Assembly: GCA_034669905.1 (NCBI GenBank)
Contig: JAXMOL010000090.1
Location: forward strand, 1-14,429
Source of the DNA: Candidatus Hydrogenedentota bacterium
Lineage (GTDB): Bacteria > Hydrogenedentota > Hydrogenedentia > Hydrogenedentales > JAEUWI01
Direction of reading: 5' to 3'
Length of the DNA: 14,429 bases
Part shown: positions 7,954 to 14,429 of the stretch, one piece after another
Layout of the letters: every line of letters begins with the position of its first letter
How positions within the stretch are numbered: the stretch's first letter is position 1
Notes under the pieces: generated by a model
Database searches by the model: none
What the model was told of the DNA's origin: nothing
Seen by the model: the letters and a program-made list of their open reading frames with translations, nothing else
Translations under genes and position numbers: made by a program

Positions 7954-10900
7954 TTACTCAAGTTCGAAACCTTCGATTACGATGCTTCCGAACTGGTCGC
8001 CCAGGAAGAGGGGAACGGAGCAGGAGGTGTGAATCTGAACCTGCTGCATCACTTCCGTGCCATCTTCATTGAGGACGTGTACGTAGGTGTTGGAAGAAAG
8101 CTTCTGGCTGAACTTCTTCTTGCTCGACTTCTTACAAGACTTGTGACAGTCTTTGTCGTAGTCGCCGTAGCGCTTTCCATCACACTTCTCGTCACGCTTC
8201 TTATCGTCGCATTTGCTGTAGCAGCTGCTGCCATAGCTCTTGCCATAGGACTTGCCATAGGACTTGCCATAGGACTTGCCATAGGACTTGCCATAGGACT
8301 TGCCATAGGACTTGCCATAGGACTTGCCATAGGACTTGCCATAGGACTTGCTGCCACACTTGCTGTAGCTCTTACCGTAGTAGCTTTTGCCATAGGACTT
8401 GCTACCGCATTTGCTGTAACGATCGCCACTGCATTTCTTCGAACTCTTGCTCTTACAACGGCTGCAACGCTTGGCGTCGTGTTTGCAGTTGTTCGAGCCG
8501 CTGTCTACCGGTCCAACGATGCAGAAGCTTTCGCCAGGAAGTACCAGACCTTCATACAGGATGTTGGCCTTGTCGTCATTGACGTCTGCTTTATCCGTCA
8601 CGTAGATGTACGCAGCACCAAGGGGGCCATCGTAATCCACACAGCCGGCTTTGTCGTCAGGCTGAGAATGATTCGAGGCGCTGCAGTCATCTGCGGTGTA
8701 GAGGAAGCAAAGCTTCTTGAGCTTCCCATCTTCACAGATTCCCTTGTCATCCCCGGGAGGTTCTTCATTGACGTCGCACAGCTCGCCACCGTTGCGGCTC
8801 TTGCCTTCAAGAATCAAGAAGTCACCACTTTCTGTTCCGGGTCCAATGGGTTCGGAACAACTGGTGTGCATCTTGGCGTTGTAGCACTTGTTGACGTAGA
8901 AGTAGATCTCCGTTCCCAAGGTGCCTTTGCTATCTACACCGTTCAGAAGGAAGGACTCTCCGGGCTGGACGGTACCAGAGAAAGCGATGCCGTCTTTCTT
9001 CGTGTAGACCTTGATATAGGCGTTCTGCTGCGAACCGGTGTACTGAACAAGCAACTCGGTGACTTTGCCGTCGCAAGGTTTGCAATCTTCCTCATCGAAG
9101 TCGCAAATCAATCCGCCCTCACGACTATAGGCTTCCGTCACTTCGAAATTGCCGAAGGTCAGTCCGGGGCCAATCGGTTTGGAACAGCTGGTATGAATCT
9201 TCGTGCTCAGGCAGCTGTTTACGAAAATGTAGATTTCCGTACCCAAGGTGCCCTTGTCGTCGTTCCCGTAGAGGGTGAACTCTTCACCCGGATCGACGGT
9301 GTCATTGAAGATGACTTCATTCTTCTTGGTCTTCACAACGATGTGGGCATTGTTCTTGTTACCGGTATAGACCAGGGAGAGTTCGGTCACTTTGCCCTTA
9401 CAGGGCGCACAATCTTCATCGTCTTCGACGAATCCGAAGTCGATGTCGAGGTTTTCCCCATAGGGATCGCCCGCAGGCGGCGTGACCACGTTGAGTACGA
9501 CCGTGGCAGGATTGGGGTTACTGTCAATGGTCTCATCCGTACCGACCTGGCTGATGGTGGGCACGTAGTCGGCCGGAACCGTGGTGAGATCCAATACGAC
9601 GACATAGGTCGTGTCGCAGTCGACGTTTTCAAAGAGGTAGTTGCCGTTGCTGTCGGTAATTTCCGTAGCGAGCGGTACCGGGTTGCTGCTCGGATCATAA
9701 GGGGCTTCAAAGAGGTCAAGGTAGACGCCTTCAATGCCCGGCTCTCCGGCATCCTGGAGGCCGTTCTTGTTCGTATCCAACCAGACCAGATCACCGATCT
9801 GTCCAAAGCAATCCACCGGTGCTTCCACAAAGCCGAAATCGATATCCAGGTTTTCACCATAGGGATAGGCGTTTGGCGGTGTGAAGATGTTCAACACGAC
9901 CGTGGCCGGGTTGGGGTTGCTGTCTTTTGTTTCATCGGGACCCACTTCCGTGGTGGTGGGCACAAAGCCGACCGGTACGGTTACCAGGTCCAGCACGACC
10001 ACATAGGTCGTATCGCAATCAACACCGTCAAAGAGGTAGTTACCATTGATGTCGGTGATGGCAGTGTCTACGGGAGTCGGGTTACTGGACGGGTCGTAGG
10101 GGGCTTCAAAGAGGTCAAGATAGACGCCTTCGATACCGGGTTCGTTGTCGTCCTGAAGGCCGTCTTCGTTCAGGTCGTGCCATACGAGGTCACCAATCTG
10201 ACCCAGGCAGGGGACCTGCTCATAATAGTAGCCGAAGTCGATGGTGGGGTTCTCGGCATAGGGGTAATCATTGGGGGGATAGATGATGTTGAGATTCACC
10301 GTAGCCGGGTTGGGGTTGCTGTCAAAGGCATCATCACCGCCTTGTTCCGTGGGACTGGCGACATAGCCAAAGGGAAGGGTGGACTCGTCGACCACAACCA
10401 CGTAGGTCGTAAAACAATCCACGTCTTCGAAGGCATAGAACCCATTTACATCGGTGACTTGCGTGTCGAGGGGCGTGGGGGACGTGGAGGGGTCGTAGGG
10501 CGCTTCGAAGAGCGACAGGCTGACGCCTTCGATACCCGGTTCGCCAGCGTCCTGGATGCCGTCTTGATCCAGATCATCCCAGACAAAGTTGCCGATATCA
10601 CCGAGGCAAGGCTTGGTCACTTCCACAAACCCGAAGTCGATGGTCAGATTTTCCGCATAGGGATAGTCCATCGGGGGATAGTACTCCAGCAGCTGCGCTA
10701 CCGTCGGATTGGGATTGCTGTCCGCTTCGGTGTCACCACCCGCTTCCGTCGTCGTAGGGACGAAGTTAAACGGAACCGTGGAATCGTCCAGCACGATCAC
10801 ATAGGTCGTACGACACTGCACGGGTCCGAGCGAGTAGTAGCCATCCAGATCCGTCACATCGGTCGAAACCGGTGTGGGGTTGGTGCTGGGGTCATAGGGG

Positions 10901-11118
10901 TAGTCATAGAGGCTGACCGTTACGCCTTCGATGCCGGGTTCGCCGGGATCCTGGATACCGTCTTCATCCAAATCATGCCAGACAAAATCGCCGAACACCC
11001 CGGGACAGTTGGCAGCGGTTGCCCGTTGCGGTGCCAGAAGTGATGCGAGCAAGGTCACGGCAAGGGAAAGCACGAGTCCCCTCCCGCTGAACAGCCCACG
11101 TTGATTGCTTTTCTTCAT
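7954..11118 (-). CDS. Secreted repeat protein, paralogue 1 (~1054 aa): signal peptide, 4 SdrD-B-like repeats, 2 Cys-containing HTSCS repeats, terminal HTSCS-type domain with a large basic insertion
   Basis: ATG at 11118 has AAGGAA upstream and gives MKKSNQRGLFSGRGLVLSLAVTLLASLLAPQRATA-A (Sec signal), so it is preferred over TTG 11211. Four ~133-aa repeats GD(F/L)VWxDxxxDGxQDxxEPGIEGV...(T/D)IDFG; repeats CxPCxGKVTEL...HTSCSxPIGPG...GGx(I/L)C. Confidence 0.9.
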   Translation of the reverse strand: MKKSNQRGLFSGRGLVLSLAVTLLASLLAPQRATAANCPGVFGDFVWHDLDEDGIQDPGEPGIEGVTVSLYDYPYDPSTNPTPVSTDVTDLDGYYSLGPVQCRTTYVIVLDDSTVPFNFVPTTTEAGGDTEADSNPNPTVAQLLEYYPPMDYPYAENLTIDFGFVEVTKPCLGDIGNFVWDDLDQDGIQDAGEPGIEGVSLSLFEAPYDPSTSPTPLDTQVTDVNGFYAFEDVDCFTTYVVVVDESTLPFGYVASPTEQGGDDAFDSNPNPATVNLNIIYPPNDYPYAENPTIDFGYYYEQVPCLGQIGDLVWHDLNEDGLQDDNEPGIEGVYLDLFEAPYDPSSNPTPVDTAITDINGNYLFDGVDCDTTYVVVLDLVTVPVGFVPTTTEVGPDETKDSNPNPATVVLNIFTPPNAYPYGENLDIDFGFVEAPVDCFGQIGDLVWLDTNKNGLQDAGEPGIEGVYLDLFEAPYDPSSNPVPLATEITDSNGNYLFENVDCDTTYVVVLDLTTVPADYVPTISQVGTDETIDSNPNPATVVLNVVTPPAGDPYGENLDIDFGFVEDDEDCAPCKGKVTELSLVYTGNKNNAHIVVKTKKNEVIFNDTVDPGEEFTLYGNDDKGTLGTEIYIFVNSCLSTKIHTSCSKPIGPGLTFGNFEVTEAYSREGGLICDFDEEDCKPCDGKVTELLVQYTGSQQNAYIKVYTKKDGIAFSGTVQPGESFLLNGVDSKGTLGTEIYFYVNKCYNAKMHTSCSEPIGPGTESGDFLILEGKSRNGGELCDVNEEPPGDDKGICEDGKLKKLCFLYTADDCSASNHSQPDDKAGCVDYDGPLGAAYIYVTDKADVNDDKANILYEGLVLPGESFCIVGPVDSGSNNCKHDAKRCSRCKSKSSKKCSGDRYSKCGSKSYGKSYYGKSYSKCGSKSYGKSYGKSYGKSYGKSYGKSYGKSYGKSYGKSYGKSYGSSCYSKCDDKKRDEKCDGKRYGDYDKDCHKSCKKSSKKKFSQKLSSNTYVHVLNEDGTEVMQQVQIHTSCSVPLFLGDQFGSIVIEGFELE
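8230..8349 (-). repeat. In-frame 12-bp coding tandem repeat (VNTR) encoding (SYGK)n
   Basis: GCCATAGGACTT occurs as 9 perfect copies (8242-8349), one variant GCCATAGCTCTT (8230-8241) and one further isolated copy at 8389-8400. Confidence 0.97.
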
Positions 11119-11189
11119 TTCCCATTCCTTTTTGGTTGTTTTCAGCTTCGCACAGCTTGCCACAGAGTAAATCTGCTGTGCCTCTTTAG

Positions 11190-11206
11190 AGCAAGTTTCA
11201 GACCAA
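11190..11206 (-). promoter_or_regulatory. Candidate sigma-54 (-24/-12) promoter for paralogue 1
   Basis: The - strand reads TTGGTCTGAAACTTGCT: TGG, exact GG-N10-GC spacing and TTGC, about 70 nt upstream of ATG 11118. It departs from the TGGCAC consensus at the CAC positions. Confidence 0.5.
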
Positions 11207-11379
11207 AGCAATGAATGCGTATTTATTGAATCAGGTACTGTGCCGAAAGAGACTCGTAAGGAATGGTATAGCAGTAGGTTAGACAGGAATCATGTGGTCC
11301 GCTGCTTTGCCACGTGTGGCGAGCTGTGGGGAAATTCCCGCTTCAGGACAGCGGAACAAGCCCAGGCGCATACCATTGT

Positions 11380-11404
11380 TGTGCAAAAATGAACAACTTT
11401 TGCA
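11380..11404. promoter_or_regulatory. Candidate enhancer / transcription-factor site
   Basis: TGT-N10-ACA at 11380-11395 overlaps the inverted repeat TGCAAAA-N9-TTTTGCA (11382-11404), about 180-200 nt upstream of the putative sigma-54 site. Confidence 0.35.
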
Positions 11405-11647
11405 GATATTTGGCGGTAAATTATGTCAAAAGTAGCTGATATGCGGTAAATGAGAGGGATTTGTCGTCCCGGTGCCGTGATTTTGCGGAGCGGTGTGTGT
11501 AATTGCGCGTAGGGGCGCGGCGGCCCGTGGTTTCGAGCGGGACCAAGCGTGGCCTGGGAAGCATGGGAGCCGGGGCAAGAGGCGTCGTACACGTAGGGAT
11601 AGGCGGGGGGTCACCGCAAACAAGGATGGACGAAGGGGAGTGGGGCG

Positions 11648-11692
11648 CAAAGAGAACGGGCAGTGACCAGAAGCTGGTCACTGCCCGATTAT
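11648..11692 (-). terminator. Rho-independent terminator of paralogue 2
   Basis: 14-bp stem CGGGCAGTGACCAG (11657-11670) / CTGGTCACTGCCCG (11674-11687) followed on the - strand by TTCTCTTT; ~27 nt past the stop at 11715; near-identical to the hairpin at 7897-7927. Confidence 0.87.
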
Positions 11693-11714
11693 TCAAGAAG
11701 GTGTTGTTCCGGTA

Positions 11715-14429
11715 TTACTCGAGTTCGAAGTCCTCGATCACGATGCTACCGAACTGGTCACCAACAAAGAGCGGAACGGAGCAGGAGGTGTGGAATACCA
11801 CTTCCTGAAGCACCGCAGTTCCGCTTTCATTGAGGATATGCACGTAGGTGTTGGACTTCAGGCGCTGGCGGGGAGTCTTGTTACTTTCTTTGCCTGCCTT
11901 CTTGTGCTTTCCAACGTGCTTACCATTACGTTTTCCGTGGTGCTTTCCACTCTTGCCATCGGCTTCGAGGGGAGCAACTACCATGAAGGAGTCGCCCGGA
12001 AGCACAGCGCCTTCAAAGAGGATATTGGCTTTGTCGTCGGTGAGGTCCCGTTTGTCACTCACGACAATGTAGGCGCTTCCCAAGGCACCGAAGTCTTCAC
12101 AGGTCGCTTTGTCATCAGGCTGTGAGTTGTTCGATGCGCTGCAATCGGCTGCAACATAGAGAAGGGTGAGTTTCTTCAGCTTCCCATTGTTACAGATGCC
12201 TTTGTCATCGTCATCGTCTTTGCCACCATCGTCGGGCTGTTCGGTGATTTCGCAGAGAATGCCACCTTCGCGGCTACGCCCGGCGAGCACCAGGAAGTCA
12301 CCGGCGATGAGTCCGGGGCCAATCGGTTTGGAGCAACTGGTGTGGATGACGGCATGGGTGGAATCGTTCACGGAAATCGTGATTTCAGTCCCCAACGTGC
12401 CTTTGTCGTCTACGCCATTGAAGGTGAAGGATTCACCCGGCTGTATGACGCCCACATAGGCGACCCCATCCGACTTGGTATTCACCACGATAGTCGCATC
12501 GGCCGTTCCGCCGTTGTACTGCATGGTGAGCTCGGTGATTTTGCCTTCACAAGGCTGACAGTCGTCACCACCGGTTGGCGGCGGGGGAACTACATCCACT
12601 TCGCAGAGCAGTCCACCGTTGCGACTACGGCCATCAAGCACCAGGAAATCACCGGCGATGAGTCCCGGCCCGATCGGCTGAGAGCAACTGGTATGGATAG
12701 CCGCGTTCGTGACGCCATTTACGGAGATGGTGATCTCCGTCCCCAAGGTACCCTTATCATCGGTGCCTTGGAAGAAGAAGGTGTCACCGGGCTGAAGTAC
12801 GCCGGTGAAAGCCACGCCGTCTTTCTTGGTATGGACGACGATTTCCGCATCGACAATGTCGCCATTGTACTGCATCGACAGTTCCGTGACCTTGCCGTCA
12901 CAGGGTTCACAGTCGCCCGAAGTCGGAGGTTCTTCATCCACTTCACAGAGTAAGCCACCGTTTTGGCTCTTACCATCACGTACCAGGAAGTCGCCACGTA
13001 CCAATCCCGGGCCAATAGGCTGGGAGCAACTGGTGTGCATCTTGGCATTCTCGACACCATTTACCGAGATGGTAATCTCCGTTCCCAGGGTTCCTTTGTC
13101 GTCGATTCCATAGACGAGGAAGGAATCACCGGGCTGCACGATTCCAAAGAAGGCAACGCCGTCGCTCCTCGTGGCGACTTCGATTTCCGCATCCACCACG
13201 ACGCCATTATATTGGAGAAGCAACTGGGTTACTTTTCCGTCACAGGGCTGACAATTGTTGGAGTCGAAATCACAAATCAACCCACCGTTACGGCTATAGG
13301 CTTCCGTTACATCGAAATCACCGAAGCTGAGTCCGGGGCCAATGGGTTTGGAGCAACTGGTATGAATCTTCGTATTCAGACCGTTGTTTACGAAAACGGA
13401 GATTTCGGTTCCCAGGGTACCTTTGTCGTCATTTCCGTAGAAGGTGAATTCTTCGCCGGGTTCAACCGTGCCGTCAAAGACGACTCCGGTCTTTTTGGTT
13501 TCTACGACGATATGAGCACCGGCAATATCACCGGTATACACCAGGGAAAGTTCCGTTACTTTTCCATCGCAGGGGGCACAATCGACTTTCTCTTCAATGA
13601 AGCCAAAATCGATATCCAGGTTTTCACCATAGGGATAGGCATTCGGGGGCGTGACCACCGTGAGCACGACGGTCGCAGGGTTGGGGTTGCTGTCTACTGT
13701 CTCGTCGGTGCCCACCTGTGTCGTGGTCGGAACGTATCCCGTCGGCACCGTGTTGAGGTCCAGCACAACCACGTAGGTCGTGGCGCAGTCAACGCCATCG
13801 AAAAGGTAGTTGCCGTTGGGATCGGTGATGGCGGTTGCCAGGGGAACCGGGTTGGTGCCGGGGTCATAAGGCGCTTCGAAGAGGTCAAGATAGACGCCCT
13901 CGATTCCCGGTTCGCCTTCGTCCTGAATGCCGTTCTCGTTCAGGTCATACCAGACCAAGTCACCAATCTGACCGAGGCAATCGACTTCTTGATAGAAATA
14001 GCCGAAGTCGATGGTGGGATTTTCGGCATAGGGGTAATCATTGGGGGGGTAGATGATGTTGAGATTCACCGTTGCCGGGTTGGGGTTGCTGTCAAAGGCA
14101 TCATCACCGCCTTGTTCCGTGGGACTGGCGACATAGCCAAAGGGAAGGGTGGACTCGTCCACCACAACCACGTAGGTCGTAAAACAATCCACGTCTTCGA
14201 AGGCATAAAACCCATTTACATCGGTGACTTGCGTGTCGAGGGGCGTGGGGGACGTGGAGGGATCGTAGGGCGCTTCAAAGAGCGACAGGCGGACGCCTTC
14301 GATACCCGGCTCGCCAGCGTCCTGGATGCCGTCTTGATCCAGGTCATCCCAGACAAAGTTGCCGATATCACCGAGGCAAGGCTTGGTCACCTCCACAAAC
14401 CCGAAGTCGATGGTCAGATTCTCCGCATA
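11715..14429 (-). CDS. Repeat protein, paralogue 2 (partial, 5' end outside window; secretion inferred from paralogue 1): at least 3 SdrD-B-like repeats, 4 HTSCS repeats, terminal HTSCS-type domain with a short basic insertion
   Basis: The frame is open to the window edge (YAENLTIDFGFVEVTKPCLG...), so GTG 14396 is not the real start. Same repeat motifs as paralogue 1 and the same C-terminus HTSCSVPLFxGDQFGSIVIExFELE. Confidence 0.9.
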   Translation of the reverse strand, partial: YAENLTIDFGFVEVTKPCLGDIGNFVWDDLDQDGIQDAGEPGIEGVRLSLFEAPYDPSTSPTPLDTQVTDVNGFYAFEDVDCFTTYVVVVDESTLPFGYVASPTEQGGDDAFDSNPNPATVNLNIIYPPNDYPYAENPTIDFGYFYQEVDCLGQIGDLVWYDLNENGIQDEGEPGIEGVYLDLFEAPYDPGTNPVPLATAITDPNGNYLFDGVDCATTYVVVLDLNTVPTGYVPTTTQVGTDETVDSNPNPATVVLTVVTPPNAYPYGENLDIDFGFIEEKVDCAPCDGKVTELSLVYTGDIAGAHIVVETKKTGVVFDGTVEPGEEFTFYGNDDKGTLGTEISVFVNNGLNTKIHTSCSKPIGPGLSFGDFDVTEAYSRNGGLICDFDSNNCQPCDGKVTQLLLQYNGVVVDAEIEVATRSDGVAFFGIVQPGDSFLVYGIDDKGTLGTEITISVNGVENAKMHTSCSQPIGPGLVRGDFLVRDGKSQNGGLLCEVDEEPPTSGDCEPCDGKVTELSMQYNGDIVDAEIVVHTKKDGVAFTGVLQPGDTFFFQGTDDKGTLGTEITISVNGVTNAAIHTSCSQPIGPGLIAGDFLVLDGRSRNGGLLCEVDVVPPPPTGGDDCQPCEGKITELTMQYNGGTADATIVVNTKSDGVAYVGVIQPGESFTFNGVDDKGTLGTEITISVNDSTHAVIHTSCSKPIGPGLIAGDFLVLAGRSREGGILCEITEQPDDGGKDDDDDKGICNNGKLKKLTLLYVAADCSASNNSQPDDKATCEDFGALGSAYIVVSDKRDLTDDKANILFEGAVLPGDSFMVVAPLEADGKSGKHHGKRNGKHVGKHKKAGKESNKTPRQRLKSNTYVHILNESGTAVLQEVVFHTSCSVPLFVGDQFGSIVIEDFELE

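Noticed and set aside
8230..8349. Possible CRISPR array
   Set aside because: Units are 12 bp, contiguous, have no spacers and are coding; no cas genes in the window.
8049..8429. 126-aa - strand ORF with (MASP)n repeats
   Set aside because: Alternative-frame reading of the same 12-bp VNTR inside paralogue 1; no independent evidence of translation.
8452..8470. CSRCK as a CxxCK heme-binding motif
   Set aside because: It lies in a Cys/Lys-rich low-complexity loop where it is expected by chance, with no cytochrome context.
8029..11043. 1004-aa + strand ORF with (LAIG)n repeats
   Set aside because: It is in exact codon register antisense to paralogue 1 and stays open because TTA, CTA and TCA codons are rare in the real GC-rich gene. 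LAIG is the mirror of SYGK, and the equivalent frame opposite paralogue 2 is broken.
11290..11808. Small ORFs or a riboswitch/ncRNA between the paralogues
   Set aside because: The ORFs overlap each other, some cross the terminator, and none has a recognisable motif. I could not match any riboswitch consensus; an Rfam/Infernal scan would settle it.

Overview
GC-rich bacterial window in three parts. (1) 1-1070 is a disturbed accessory zone: the 3' end and right inverted repeat of an IS30-family element, a truncated chimeric copy of a secreted TIM-barrel sugar phosphate isomerase/epimerase gene, and a 118-aa orphan gene. (2) 1070-7843 is a + strand cluster of the kind common in Planctomycetota/Verrucomicrobiota/Hydrogenedentota-like bacteria (taxonomy is inference): intact isomerase/epimerase, PSCyt1-PSCyt2-PSD1 cytochrome c protein, Tat-exported DUF1501 protein and a GHL10/DUF187-like glycosidase. 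Several palindromic mini-elements sit between the PSD1 and DUF1501 genes. (3) 7954-14429 holds two tandem - strand paralogues encoding large acidic repeat proteins (SdrD-B-like repeats plus Cys-containing 'HTSCS' repeats); the first has a visible signal peptide and the second runs off the window. Each is followed by a near-identical terminator. The most unusual feature is a strongly basic low-complexity loop at the same position in the last domain of both paralogues. In one it is an ~135-aa K/S/Y/G/C-rich segment with a 12-bp VNTR encoding (SYGK)n; in the other it is an ~35-aa K/H/G 'xxGK' segment. There is also evidence of 5' gene conversion between the paralogues and a candidate sigma-54 promoter with enhancer. 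No CRISPR array, rRNA or tRNA is seen. All family assignments come from motif recognition, not database searches.
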